A stretch of 64,000 bases of DNA from Candidatus Magasanikiibacteriota bacterium (GCA_017991415.1 JAGOQR010000001.1:341992-405991); one strand, 5' to 3'; shown: positions 46,886 to 57,231, counted from the stretch's first letter. The notes: generated by a model not told the origin, from the letters alone. Made by a program: numbers and translations.

Positions 46886-47104
46886 ATGAATACGACTATT
46901 TTCAATATCGTTCAATTTTTTCTAGCTGCCCTACTAGTAACAGCTATTCTTTTACAGCAAAAAGGTACTGGCCTCAGCGGTGTCTTCGGAGGTTCAAGCA
47001 ACATCTATAGTACAAAAAGAGGCGTAGATAAAATCCTTCATCTTGCCACAATTATTATTTCCATTGTTTTTTTTAGCATCTCTCTAATTAGACTGGCTTT
47101 ATAA
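46886..47104 (+). CDS. secG: preprotein translocase subunit SecG
   Basis: 72 aa, two TM segments, conserved LQQKGTGLSGVFGG motif. Confidence 0.75.
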   Translation: MNTTIFNIVQFFLAALLVTAILLQQKGTGLSGVFGGSSNIYSTKRGVDKILHLATIIISIVFFSISLIRLAL

Positions 47105-47169
47105 AGCCATAATTTTGATTGTAAACGAACGGGGCTACACCTGTCGTTAATTTATACTTCATAAATCAC

Positions 47170-49158
47170 ATGAATTTGTCCAAACTATTTTTTTGGATTA
47201 AGAAAAAAAAGGGTTCTCTTTCCCCTACCTTACCCTCACATAATTTTGACCAAAAACTTATAAAAAAAATGCGCTCAAATTTAATACCTAACTGGTCTCA
47301 ATTTAGATACCTCGGTAGTTTTTTGACAAACAAAGAAAAAATAACAATTAACATATCTCTCGCTGTGCTCGTTTTAGCAATTCTATCCTGGGGCACAATC
47401 TGGGTTATACAAAACCAAACTGTTGTTCCTGCGAGCGGTGGCGACTATAGCGAAGCACTTATTGGGCAGCCCAAATATATCAACCCCCTATTCGCTTCAA
47501 CCAATGATGTAGACGCGGATCTGAGCTCCCTTATTTATTCTAGCTTGTTTACATACAACAACACCGAACAAAAAATTACTCCAGACCTAGCTTTGGATTA
47601 TACAATTAGCAACGAAGGAAAAACATACGATATAAATCTCCGCCAAGATGTAAAATGGTCTGATGGAGAACCTTTAAGTGCAGATGATGTTATATACACC
47701 TTTGAAACTATTCAGGATCAAGAGGTCGGTAGCCCTCTCATTACTGCCTTCCAAGGAACAACTATAGAACGTACTGGCGATTATTCAATTCGCTTCACCT
47801 TAAAAGAGCCATTTGCTCCCTTTTTAACAAGCTTAACTACTGGCATTTTACCTCAACATATCTGGATAAACATTCCTCCATCTGGAATCAGACTTGCCAA
47901 AAATAATCTACAACCAGTAGGATCTGGCCCTTGGAAATTCAACAAACTAACCAAAGATTCGAGTGGAAATATTCAAAACTATACCCTTGATCGAAACACG
48001 CTCTATTATAAAAACCAACCTCATTTAAAAACTCTTACATTCAAATTTTATACTGATTTTACCCAAGCTGCCAGCGCCTTAAAAATTCAAGATATTTCAG
48101 CAGTAAGCTTCCTCCCTAATGATTTAACTGATAAGATTGCTGGAAAAAATTTCGTCTCCTACGAATTTGAGCTCCCTCAATATACTGCCCTATTTTTTAA
48201 CCAAGATTCAAATATAGTTCTCAAAGATACTGATTTTCGTAAAGCACTCAGTTTTGCTGTAGATAAAAATAGCATTATTGCTGGCGCTTTAGGAAACAAA
48301 GGAGAGGTCGTCAGCTCACCAATTTTAACAGAACCTTTTGGTTTTATAGCTTCAACATCTATTTCCTTTGACCCAGAAAAAGCTAATGAAATCTTAAATA
48401 AATCTTGGGCAAAAATTCAACCTGAAGATTATTTTAAAATTGAATACGAAGCAGCTATAAAATCAAAGCAGAATTTCTTTGATGAAATCAAAAATAATAC
48501 AAGCACCCCCGCAGAAGAAGCTGAGGCGCAAATTAAAAAACTAGAAGAAGAAATTAGTCTTGGTATTCGCCAGGGTACGGACACAGACCAAGGAATGGAT
48601 CCAGACCAAAGTTTTTATAGAAAAAATAAAAATAACGAAATTTTAACGCTCAGCATTACTACAGTAGATACACCGGAATACCAACAAGTAGCCGAAGCAG
48701 TAGCAAAAATGTGGCGATCTGTTGGCATTAAAACGAACGTTCAGATTGTGGGTAGCAGTCAAATTTCCCGAGATATTTTACGTAGTCGAAATTATGAAAT
48801 TCTTTTATACGGAGAAATTGTAGGTGCTGATCCTGACCCATATCCATTCTGGCACTCCTCTCAGGTCAATTATCCTGGACTCAACCTATCACTCTTTATC
48901 AACAGGTCTGCTGACAAACTTTTAGAAGATGCGCGAGCTACTACTACTGAGGCTGCCCGAAGCAGTAACTATGAAAAATTCCAAGAAATTTTAGCAAAAG
49001 AAATTCCCGCTATCTTTCTTTATACACCAACATATAATTTTGTGGTTAGCAAAGAAATAAAAGGCATCCATCTCAAACATATCTACTCCCCTTCAGACAG
49101 ATTTAATGATCTGGGTGATTGGTATATAAAAACAAAACACCAGTGGAAAAAAGACTAG
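47170..49158 (+). CDS. ABC transporter substrate-binding protein, family 5 (OppA/DppA-like), membrane-anchored
   Basis: 662 aa. N-terminal TM anchor. SBP_bac_5-like core (GGDYSEALIGQPKYINPL...). Confidence 0.65.
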   Translation: MNLSKLFFWIKKKKGSLSPTLPSHNFDQKLIKKMRSNLIPNWSQFRYLGSFLTNKEKITINISLAVLVLAILSWGTIWVIQNQTVVPASGGDYSEALIGQPKYINPLFASTNDVDADLSSLIYSSLFTYNNTEQKITPDLALDYTISNEGKTYDINLRQDVKWSDGEPLSADDVIYTFETIQDQEVGSPLITAFQGTTIERTGDYSIRFTLKEPFAPFLTSLTTGILPQHIWINIPPSGIRLAKNNLQPVGSGPWKFNKLTKDSSGNIQNYTLDRNTLYYKNQPHLKTLTFKFYTDFTQAASALKIQDISAVSFLPNDLTDKIAGKNFVSYEFELPQYTALFFNQDSNIVLKDTDFRKALSFAVDKNSIIAGALGNKGEVVSSPILTEPFGFIASTSISFDPEKANEILNKSWAKIQPEDYFKIEYEAAIKSKQNFFDEIKNNTSTPAEEAEAQIKKLEEEISLGIRQGTDTDQGMDPDQSFYRKNKNNEILTLSITTVDTPEYQQVAEAVAKMWRSVGIKTNVQIVGSSQISRDILRSRNYEILLYGEIVGADPDPYPFWHSSQVNYPGLNLSLFINRSADKLLEDARATTTEAARSSNYEKFQEILAKEIPAIFLYTPTYNFVVSKEIKGIHLKHIYSPSDRFNDLGDWYIKTKHQWKKD

Positions 49159-49170
49159 CTAAGTCTTAAG

Positions 49171-49252
49171 GGACGAGTGGCGGAACTGGTATACGCGTAC
49201 GTCTCAGAAGCGTATGGAGCAATCCTTGAGAGTTCGAGTCTCTCCTCGTCCA
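49171..49252 (+). tRNA. tRNA-Leu(CAG), class II with long variable arm
   Basis: Hand fold: acceptor GGACGAG/CTCGTCC, 3-bp D-stem with D-loop GAACTGGTATA, anticodon stem TACGT/GCGTA with loop CTCAGAA (anticodon CAG), 13-nt variable arm, T-arm GAGAG-TTCGAGT-CTCTC, discriminator A. D-arm matches bacterial tRNA-Leu. Confidence 0.8.
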
Positions 49253-49366
49253 CATGCACAATCTAATATATTAAATAATAAAAACCCTTTTTCCAAACTT
49301 CAAACTGGAAATCAAGGAAATTCAATTTTTCTCATACAAAAAATTGGATCTAACTTATACACGTTT

Positions 49367-51253
49367 ATGACAACCAGATACTCAGCCAGCCCCAGCCAAA
49401 ATTCACAAGCAGGCAGCCCAAACAGACAACCTCTCGCTCCACAAGCAGCGCCGTTTCCTGTGCGCCCTCACAACTCAACTATGAACCCTCAAAGGCAGCG
49501 AAGGACCTTTCAGACTAATAGACCTACCAATAACCTACGACCACCGACCAAGCCAACAGAAGGTTCTTCGTTCGCCCGTTTTCGCGTGGAAGAAAAAAAA
49601 TTAAGAGTAGCTGTTATCGGCGGCCTCGAAGAGGTTGGCCGCAACTGTACATTGTTTGAATATGGCGAGGATATTATTTTGGTAGATATGGGCCTCCAAT
49701 TCCCCGAAGAAGACATGCCAGGTATCGACTACATTATTCCTAATATGTCGTACCTAAAGGGTAAAGAAAAAAATATTCGCGGTGTTATTATTACCCATGG
49801 TCACTACGACCATATTGGCGGCATCCCTCATTTGATTCCAAAAATAGGCTTCCCTCCGATCTACGCCTTGCCTATGACCAATAGCATTATTAAAAAACGC
49901 CAAGAAGATTTTAAAGATACTGGCAAATTTTCAATTAATAATGTAAAGCTTACCGACAAGCTACATCTTGGTTCTTTTGAAGTAGAGTTTTTCCATGTTA
50001 ACCATAATATTCCTGATTCCATGGGAATCGTCATTCGCAGCCCAGAGGGCGTAGTCATTCATACTGGAGATTGGAAATTTGACTATCAACCAGTGGGAGA
50101 ACCACCAGCCGATCTGCAACGCATTGCCCGCATTGGCGACCAGGGAGTATTAGCACTAATGAGTGATTCAACTAATGCCATGATGCCAGGTCATCAAACT
50201 TCGGAAACAGAAATTGGCGGAAATTTGGAAACAATCATTCAAAAAGCTCCGGGCCGCATTATTATCGGCGCCTTTTCCTCACTTCTATCTCGCATCAAAA
50301 TGCTTATCGAGCTTTCGGAAAAGCATGGCAAGGTTGTGGCTTTAGGTGGATTTAGTATGAAAAGCAACGTAGAGATCGCCAAAGAACTGGGCTACATGAA
50401 ATTTAACCCAAAAATTCTTATTGACATGCAGCAGGTAGAAAAATATCCGCCTAATAAAGTTGTAATTATTTGTACTGGTGCCCAGGGAGAAAAGAATGCC
50501 TCATTAATGCGCATTGCCACTGGTGAACACCGAGATATTAAACTTGTACCTGGCGACACCGTTGTGTTTTCTTCTTCAGTTATTCCTGGGAACGAACGCA
50601 CAGTCCAACGCCTTAAAGATACGCTATTTAGGAAAGGAGCAGAAGTAGTCCACAACGAAATGATGGACGTGCATGCTGGTGGCCATGCCAAAGCCGAAGA
50701 AGTAAAACTGATGCTGACACTCCTCAAACCAAAATATTTTATCCCTCAGCACGGCAACCATTACATGCTTCGCCTCAATGGCCGTATCGCCGTTTCAATG
50801 GGCATGCCAAAAGAAAATATTTTTATTGCTGACAATGGCCAGGTAATGGAATTTAAAAATGGCGCCGGTGTTTTGACCAAGGAAAAATTGCCTTCAGACC
50901 ATGTCTTTGTAGACGGACTTGGCGTAAGTGATGAAACAAATATTGTGCTCCGTGATAGACAGGTACTTGCAGAAGATGGCATGGTGGTAATTATTGCAAC
51001 CGTAGATAGCAAAACTGGAAAACTAATCCAAAATCCAGATATTATTTCTCGTGGTTTTGTCTTCTTAAAAGAACATAAGGAACTAATTGAGGACTTACGT
51101 CATCGAGTGAAAAAAATGGTAACTGATTCCGACCCTCTTTCTTGGGCAGATACCAATAATATAAAAAATAAACTTCGGGATTATGTTGGTCAATTCCTAT
51201 TTACTAAAACAGAAAAAAGGCCAATGATATTACCTGTTGTAATTGAAGTCTAA
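49367..51253 (+). CDS. rnj: ribonuclease J (metallo-beta-lactamase/beta-CASP) with a low-complexity N-terminal extension
   Basis: Start set at the ATG at 49367; the ORF track starts inside the tRNA-Leu. Motifs HTGDWKFD and VIITHGHYDHIGG, plus beta-CASP and a C-terminal domain. About 80 aa of P/Q/N/R-rich extension before the catalytic core. Confidence 0.85.
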   Translation: MTTRYSASPSQNSQAGSPNRQPLAPQAAPFPVRPHNSTMNPQRQRRTFQTNRPTNNLRPPTKPTEGSSFARFRVEEKKLRVAVIGGLEEVGRNCTLFEYGEDIILVDMGLQFPEEDMPGIDYIIPNMSYLKGKEKNIRGVIITHGHYDHIGGIPHLIPKIGFPPIYALPMTNSIIKKRQEDFKDTGKFSINNVKLTDKLHLGSFEVEFFHVNHNIPDSMGIVIRSPEGVVIHTGDWKFDYQPVGEPPADLQRIARIGDQGVLALMSDSTNAMMPGHQTSETEIGGNLETIIQKAPGRIIIGAFSSLLSRIKMLIELSEKHGKVVALGGFSMKSNVEIAKELGYMKFNPKILIDMQQVEKYPPNKVVIICTGAQGEKNASLMRIATGEHRDIKLVPGDTVVFSSSVIPGNERTVQRLKDTLFRKGAEVVHNEMMDVHAGGHAKAEEVKLMLTLLKPKYFIPQHGNHYMLRLNGRIAVSMGMPKENIFIADNGQVMEFKNGAGVLTKEKLPSDHVFVDGLGVSDETNIVLRDRQVLAEDGMVVIIATVDSKTGKLIQNPDIISRGFVFLKEHKELIEDLRHRVKKMVTDSDPLSWADTNNIKNKLRDYVGQFLFTKTEKRPMILPVVIEV

Positions 51254-51260
51254 GATAACA

Positions 51261-51288
51261 AAAAACGCTTTTTCAAAAGCGTTTTTTG
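51261..51288 (+). terminator. rho-independent terminator after rnj (AAAACGCTTTT / AAAGCGTTTT + T-run)
   Basis: Perfect inverted repeat 51262-51272 / 51276-51285, then TTTTTT. Confidence 0.6.
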
Positions 51289-51373
51289 TTTATCGGCGTT
51301 AGTACTTGTCTCATACATACACATCATATACAATAAGAAGAAATACACCTTTAATACATCCTAATTTAACACT

Positions 51374-52387
51374 ATGGCATCACTACCAAAAATCTCTATT
51401 TACGGCATCTGGCCAGAAATGACTGAGTATGTAAAAAAGAATTTAAAAGGCCTTAAACTTACTATTTCCACTGAAAAAATAAATGGACAGAATATCAATC
51501 CAGATACAGACATCTTGGCAGTATTTGTAGAAGCCCCGGTTACCAAAGAAATTATAGAAAAACTACCTAAACTCAAAATGATTGCAGCTATGAGCACAGG
51601 ATTTGATCATATAGATTTAGCTACTGCCAAAAAACACGACATTGCCGTCTGTAACGTGCCAACATATGGAGAAAATACTGTGGCCGAACATGCTATGGCA
51701 CTCATCTTAGGACTTACGCGAAAACTATTTCCATCTGTCAAAAGAGTTAAAGAAGGCGTATATGATTTTCGCGGTCTGCGCGGTATTGACCTAAAAGATA
51801 AAACTATTGGCGTAATAGGCACTGGTCATATTGGTGCTCGTCTTATAAAAATGGCTAGTGGTTTTGAAATGAAAATTGTAGCATATGATGCTTTTCCTAA
51901 TAAGGAACTAGAGAAAAAACTTGGTTTTACCTATACAAGCCTTGAAAAATTACTTGCTCAGTCTGATGTTATCAGCCTTCATACACCGCTCCTACCAAGC
52001 ACACACCATCTTATAAATAAGAAAAACATTAAAAAAATAAAAAAAGGAGCATACCTAATTAACACGGCTCGCGGCGCACTTATTGATCCAGAAGCGCTTG
52101 TGTGGGCTCTCAAAAATAATCATATAGCTGGCACAGGACTCGATGTTATGGAAGATGAAAATCTCATTCAAAATCATGAGGAAATTATCTCTTGTAAAGA
52201 TGATTGTAAAATTAAAACCACCTTATTTAATAGTATAATTATCGACCATCCCAATAGTATCGTTACGCCCCATAACGCCTTCAATAGCGTGGAAGCAATC
52301 CAACGAATACTCGACGTTACTATTACCAATATAAAATCCTTTACCCAAGGCAACACCGTGAATGATGTTACAAAACAAAAAAAATAA
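51374..52387 (+). CDS. D-isomer-specific 2-hydroxyacid dehydrogenase (D-lactate dehydrogenase-like)
   Basis: 337 aa. NAD-binding GVIGTGHIGARL. Catalytic-domain architecture of LdhA/PGDH-family enzymes. Confidence 0.8.
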   Translation: MASLPKISIYGIWPEMTEYVKKNLKGLKLTISTEKINGQNINPDTDILAVFVEAPVTKEIIEKLPKLKMIAAMSTGFDHIDLATAKKHDIAVCNVPTYGENTVAEHAMALILGLTRKLFPSVKRVKEGVYDFRGLRGIDLKDKTIGVIGTGHIGARLIKMASGFEMKIVAYDAFPNKELEKKLGFTYTSLEKLLAQSDVISLHTPLLPSTHHLINKKNIKKIKKGAYLINTARGALIDPEALVWALKNNHIAGTGLDVMEDENLIQNHEEIISCKDDCKIKTTLFNSIIIDHPNSIVTPHNAFNSVEAIQRILDVTITNIKSFTQGNTVNDVTKQKK

Positions 52388-52392
52388 ACCAA

Positions 52393-52428
52393 TAAAAAAA
52401 TACATACCCAAGGGTATGTATTTTTTTG
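52393..52428. terminator. bidirectional rho-independent terminator shared by the dehydrogenase gene (+) and RNase P RNA (-)
   Basis: TACATACCC-aa-GGGTATGTA with an A7 run upstream and T7 downstream. Confidence 0.6.
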
Positions 52429-52825
52429 TATAGTATAAGCCGAATTTTGTTTTTTACCTGTTCACACAGGTAAAACAATGATCATTTATCTAGGACCTGT
52501 GTTGCCACGGGCCTCAAGCGAACGAACTTTTCCCTCGTCTAAATTGCTTTACACGAAGGCTGTTCTTGCATACAGGTAAGGATTTTGCCGTTTCACCTCT
52601 TAGCTTGCTACCTCCGCTAAGAATTAAGCAATCAATCTTGATTTACCAAGAATTTGAGGTTTGCTCTCTCTTTCTTTTCAAAAAGAGACGTCTCTGCTCG
52701 CACCTCTCTCTAGTTTTACCTAGAGCGACGGGTGTTACCCGCTACCATTTTTCTTGTGGCTTACACCACAAAAGAATGTTCGGACTTTCCTCCCCGACTT
52801 ACGTCAAGGCGATCATCACTATACG
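52428..52825 (-). ncRNA. rnpB: RNase P RNA (bacterial type A-like), unannotated by the ORF track
   Basis: Minus-strand transcript carries GGGAGGAAAGUCCGAAC (P4 5' strand), GGGUAACACCCG, AGAGAGCAAACC, UAAGAGGUGAAACGGC, GCUUGAGGCCCGUGGCAAC ... CCUAGAUAAAUGA and 3' ACAAAAUUCGGCUUAUAC. P1 pairs 5' GUAUAGUG with 3' UACUAUAC. About 397 nt. Confidence 0.8.
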
Positions 52826-52831
52826 AGTAAT

Positions 52832-52860
52832 ATATTAGCAAAAATTAGCCATTTTGTCAA
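52832..52860 (-). promoter_or_regulatory. consensus-like promoter for rnpB (TTGACA-N17-TAATAT on the minus strand)
   Basis: rc of 52855-52860 is TTGACA; rc of 52832-52837 is TAATAT; 17-nt spacer. Predicted start site coincides with the RNase P P1 5' end at about 52825. Confidence 0.55.
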
Positions 52861-53008
52861 TCCTGTACCATAAAAAATAAAGTTCAACAAACAGTAAAAG
52901 AATTTATAGAAATTACCTTGCCCAAAGGTAAACAATATAGTAAAATAAAACCATTAACAGATCGTATACAAACTTTGTTCATTTACCCCCTCCTACCGCC
53001 TCTATCGT

Positions 53009-54430
53009 ATGAAAAAATTTGAACTTATTTTTGCTTTTATCCAGCTCCCCCTGGACTATATTCTTATAGTATTAGCAGGGCTTACTGCATACGCACTCCG
53101 CTTTACCTCTTTTACTAAGAACATTCGCCCTGTTTTATTTAATTTATCCTGGGACACATACTGGCCACTTGTACTTATAACTGCTCTTGGCTGGGTACTT
53201 ATTTTTGCCTTAGCAGGACTCTACAACACCAACCCTTATCGCAAGCTCGCTAAAGATTTAACTCGAGTAATACTCTCATGTTCGACGGGTTTTGCAGCTA
53301 TTACTATTTATGTTTTTTTTACCCTACAAAAATTTGATTCTAGATTTTTACTATTAGCTGGCTGGTTTTTAGCCATGGCATATGTCTGTATTGGTAGAAT
53401 TGCTATGAATGGATTGAAAAAAATAATGCATAGAGCTGGTTTTGGTTTACGCAAAACTGTTATTATTGGCAAAGAATTAGTAGCTAATCAAATCAAGGAT
53501 ATTCTCCTTTCTCGACCAGGCTTAGGTTACAAACTTGCAAATGTGTTTCCCCATTTTAATCTAGAGAGTAGAAAATATTTATTAAATAATCGCCCAGACG
53601 AAATAATTTTTACAGACCCGAAAGCTCATGGCGACGAAGCCATTGAAGCAATAGATTTTGCCAATGAGCACCATATTACATTCAAATACTCCGCCGATCT
53701 TTTTTCTACTATTTCTACCAACATGGCCGTGAGTACCATTGGCGGAATCCCTATTATCGAACTTCGCCTTACTCGATTAAACGGCTGGAACAGAATTATT
53801 AAAAGACTTGTAGATATTATTGGCAGCTTATTTCTTATCATCTTATTTTTACCGCTGTTTATTCTGCTTTCTATTATTGTAGCTATCGAAACTGGCTGGC
53901 CAGTTATCTATAAAAACGAACGCGTAGGACAAGAGGACAAAAAATTTTTTACACTCAAATTTCGAACCATGTATCAAAAATTTTCTACTGGCTCACAATT
54001 TGGTAAACAAGGAGAAAAAGCACTCCTGGCAGAAAAAAAACTTATTGCCAAACAGAGCATTAAAGCTGGCCCGATCTATAAAATTAAAGACGACCCTCGA
54101 ATCACCTCTTTTGGTAAATTTTTAAGACGCTGGAGCCTCGATGAATTACCTCAATTTTTTAATGTCCTAAAAGGAGAAATGAGTCTTGTTGGACCACGAC
54201 CACATCAGCCACGAGAAGTTGAAGGATATAAACGACAACATAAGATAGTTTTAGCTATCAAACCAGGGATTACTGGTCTATCGCAAATTTCGGGACGCAG
54301 TAATTTAAGCTATGAGGAAGAAATAAATCTAGATACTTTTTATATTGAAAATTGGAGCTTATATATGGACCTTATCATTCTCATCAAAACCCCTTTTATT
54401 GTCTTAACTAAATACGGATCAGTAGTATAA
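53009..54430 (+). CDS. polyprenyl glycosylphosphotransferase (WbaP/EpsL-like priming sugar transferase)
   Basis: 473 aa. N-terminal multi-TM region and a C-terminal bacterial sugar transferase domain (KRLVDIIGSLFL ... DELPQFFNVLKGEMSLVGPRP). Confidence 0.8.
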   Translation: MKKFELIFAFIQLPLDYILIVLAGLTAYALRFTSFTKNIRPVLFNLSWDTYWPLVLITALGWVLIFALAGLYNTNPYRKLAKDLTRVILSCSTGFAAITIYVFFTLQKFDSRFLLLAGWFLAMAYVCIGRIAMNGLKKIMHRAGFGLRKTVIIGKELVANQIKDILLSRPGLGYKLANVFPHFNLESRKYLLNNRPDEIIFTDPKAHGDEAIEAIDFANEHHITFKYSADLFSTISTNMAVSTIGGIPIIELRLTRLNGWNRIIKRLVDIIGSLFLIILFLPLFILLSIIVAIETGWPVIYKNERVGQEDKKFFTLKFRTMYQKFSTGSQFGKQGEKALLAEKKLIAKQSIKAGPIYKIKDDPRITSFGKFLRRWSLDELPQFFNVLKGEMSLVGPRPHQPREVEGYKRQHKIVLAIKPGITGLSQISGRSNLSYEEEINLDTFYIENWSLYMDLIILIKTPFIVLTKYGSVV

Positions 54431-54437
54431 AACATTT

Positions 54438-55556
54438 ATGAAGATTGCTCTAGTTCACGACTATCTGGCTCAAGATGGAGGGGCAGAAAGAGTGCTAAAA
54501 TCATTACATCAGCTATGGCCAGAGGCGCCTATTTTTGTTTTATTCCATGACAAAGAAAAAATAAAATTCTTTAACAACAAAAATATTAACGAGTCTTTTT
54601 TAGCAAAAATGCCACTGAGTAGCTCTTTATACCAATGGTACTTACCGTGGATGCCACTTGCCACCGAACAGCATAATTTAAAAGATTTTGATGTGGTTAT
54701 TTCTACGGCAAGCATGTTTGCCAAGGGCATTATTACTGGCCCCGACACACTCCACATCTCTTACTGCCATACCCCACCACGATTTTTATGGATTGATAAC
54801 TATGATTATATTGCCGATTTAAAACAAAACCGCCTTATCAAACTTATCCTCCCTCACCTTATTCATCGACTGCGTATTTGGGACAAAATGAGCGTAGATC
54901 GAGTTGATAATTTTATTGCTAACTCACGCACCGTACAACAAAGAATCAACAAATACTACCGCCGTGAAAGCGACGTAATCTACCCCCCTGTCGAACTTGA
55001 CTCTTGCTCACTACAAAAAACCAGCGATTATTTTGCTGCAGGTGGCCGCCTCGTTGGATATAAACGATTTGATCTCATAGTTAAAACATTCAATAGGTTA
55101 CAATGGCCACTCAAAATTTTTGGCACTGGCCCCGAACTAAACACCTTGAAAAAAATGGCAAAAAATAATATAGAATTTCTAGGACAAATAACAGATGAAG
55201 CTAAGGGCCAAGTGCTTTCTGGAGCTAAAGCATTTATCCATCCCCAACTCGAAGATTTTGGAATTGCTGCCGTCGAAGCTATGGCCTGCGGTCGACCAGT
55301 AATTGCATTCTCTCAAGGTGGAGCCACGGAAACTATTATTTCTAACGAAACTGGCATATTCTTTCATGCCCAAACATGGGAATCATTACTAGACAAAATT
55401 CTTCACTTTAACCATGAAAATTGGGATAGCGCAAAAATTCGTGAACATGCGGCCAAATTTGATGCGCAAAATTTTAAAACGAGTATTAAAAAATATGTAG
55501 AAGACCGATATGAGGAATTTAAAAGGGGCTTTAATCAGCAGGCGCTCCTTGGGTAA
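54438..55556 (+). CDS. glycosyltransferase family 4 (GT-B)
   Basis: 372 aa. C-terminal EDFGIAAVEAMACGRPVIAFSQGGATETI (GT4 E-x7-E region). Confidence 0.75.
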   Translation: MKIALVHDYLAQDGGAERVLKSLHQLWPEAPIFVLFHDKEKIKFFNNKNINESFLAKMPLSSSLYQWYLPWMPLATEQHNLKDFDVVISTASMFAKGIITGPDTLHISYCHTPPRFLWIDNYDYIADLKQNRLIKLILPHLIHRLRIWDKMSVDRVDNFIANSRTVQQRINKYYRRESDVIYPPVELDSCSLQKTSDYFAAGGRLVGYKRFDLIVKTFNRLQWPLKIFGTGPELNTLKKMAKNNIEFLGQITDEAKGQVLSGAKAFIHPQLEDFGIAAVEAMACGRPVIAFSQGGATETIISNETGIFFHAQTWESLLDKILHFNHENWDSAKIREHAAKFDAQNFKTSIKKYVEDRYEEFKRGFNQQALLG

Positions 55557-55565
55557 CAGCTTTGT

Positions 55566-56756
55566 ATGAACATTGGAATTGATATTCGCCCACTCATGTC
55601 ACCCGCTCGCTCTGGTGTCGGTGAGTATACATACGAACTTGTAGATGCCCTACTTAAAATAGATACAAAGAACCACTATTTCCTTTTTTATAATTCATAC
55701 AAAAATACTTCACACCACATACCTACATGGAACCAAGCCAATGTACACTATGTACACAAAAAGTGGCCAAACAAATTTTTTAATATTGCCATCAAAATTT
55801 TTGGCATTCCACACATAGACAGCATTATTAAAAAAACTGTTAACCCTCCACTCTCACACGAGTTGGACTATTTCTTTTCTCCTAATTTTGGTTTTAGCGC
55901 GCTAGGCAAAAAAACTAAACATATTTTAACGGTACACGACCTATCATTCGAATTTTTTCCTGAATTTTTTTCTTTCAAACAAAAATTGTGGCACTGGGCA
56001 ATTAACCCAAAACGCCAATGCCAAAACGCCCATTTAATTTTAACACCTTCGGAAAATACCAAAAGAGATATTATCTCTCGGTACCAGGTACCTGCTGAAA
56101 AAATCAAAGTTATTTACCCTGGCATTTCTTGCCATCGTACACAAAATTCAGAACAACCAGAAACACAAAAATTAGATATACTACAAAAATACAACCTTCC
56201 TCATAACTATCTTCTTTTTTTAGGCACAGCCGAACCTCGCAAAAATATTATTGGCTTAATTGAAGCTTTTGAAAAAGCTTCTCAAAACACCATCTTACCA
56301 AAGAGCAGCACTCCATACTCTCTGGTTATCACAGGCTATAAGGGCTGGAAAGATAAAAAGATATACCAAAAATTTCTCTCTTCCCCGATAAAAGAAAGGA
56401 TTAAATTTATAGGCCCTGTAGAAGCAACCGACAAACCCGCGCTCTACGCAGCATCTACCCTTTTTATCTACCCAAGCTTCTACGAAGGCTTTGGTTTTCC
56501 TGTCGCCGAGGCTATGGCTTGCGGCACGCCTGTAATTACCTCTAACCGATCATCTTTACCTGAGATATCAGGTAGTAGCGCTTTCCTCATCAATCCTAAT
56601 CGTCCATCCGAATTAGCTGACGCTATAGCCAAGATGCTAAACGAAAAAACGCTACGAGAACATTTTAAAAACTCAGGTCTTGAACAATCAAAAAAATTTA
56701 ATTGGGAAAAATCAGCCCAAGAATTTCTCTCCACACTCCAACACGCAAGCACCTAA
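55566..56756 (+). CDS. glycosyltransferase family 4 (GT-B)
   Basis: 396 aa. EGFGFPVAEAMACGTPVITSNRSSLPEISG. Confidence 0.75.
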   Translation: MNIGIDIRPLMSPARSGVGEYTYELVDALLKIDTKNHYFLFYNSYKNTSHHIPTWNQANVHYVHKKWPNKFFNIAIKIFGIPHIDSIIKKTVNPPLSHELDYFFSPNFGFSALGKKTKHILTVHDLSFEFFPEFFSFKQKLWHWAINPKRQCQNAHLILTPSENTKRDIISRYQVPAEKIKVIYPGISCHRTQNSEQPETQKLDILQKYNLPHNYLLFLGTAEPRKNIIGLIEAFEKASQNTILPKSSTPYSLVITGYKGWKDKKIYQKFLSSPIKERIKFIGPVEATDKPALYAASTLFIYPSFYEGFGFPVAEAMACGTPVITSNRSSLPEISGSSAFLINPNRPSELADAIAKMLNEKTLREHFKNSGLEQSKKFNWEKSAQEFLSTLQHAST

Positions 56757-56762
56757 AAAGAC

Positions 56763-57176
56763 TTATTTAAGACGGACAATACTTGCCCCCTTACCTTTTG
56801 ACAATCTTGATTTGTTTCTTATCTCCCATAACCTCAGATTAATCTCTTCAACAAGAGCCTTAAACATAACCCCCGAGATTTTCCAATTCTCCATTTTGGT
56901 ATCTTTAATCTCATCAACTAACTGCTTGGTGCTATAATTTTTTAACATATCTATCAAATTTCCAGGAATAGGACTATTCTTGTGCAGTTCCAAAATTTCA
57001 TTCCCAAAATCCAATAATGTTTTTTTCAAAATTTTATCATACTCTACATATGGGTCGGCTTCTACTTTGGCTTCTTTTACTGCACTTTCTGGAACATCAA
57101 TATGCCCCGCACGCCTTTGCGGACCATCATTTTTAGGATACTCTTTCCTCAAACCAACTCCAAAAAATTCAGACAT
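56763..57176 (-). CDS. hypothetical protein (137 aa) on the opposite strand within the glycosyltransferase cluster
   Basis: Clean ORF. No recognisable family. Confidence 0.4.
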   Translation of the reverse strand: MSEFFGVGLRKEYPKNDGPQRRAGHIDVPESAVKEAKVEADPYVEYDKILKKTLLDFGNEILELHKNSPIPGNLIDMLKNYSTKQLVDEIKDTKMENWKISGVMFKALVEEINLRLWEIRNKSRLSKGKGASIVRLK

Positions 57177-57231
57177 ATATAATTTTAATTTAAAAAACCA
57201 CTACTATAAAATAGCCTGAGTATATGCTACA

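Noticed and set aside
49214-49366. Upstream part of the RNase J ORF as given by the ORF track
   Set aside because: It overlaps the tRNA-Leu(CAG) gene on the same strand. The start was moved to the first ATG downstream of the tRNA.
52566-52838. 90-aa plus-strand ORF
   Set aside because: Lies inside the RNase P RNA gene on the opposite strand.
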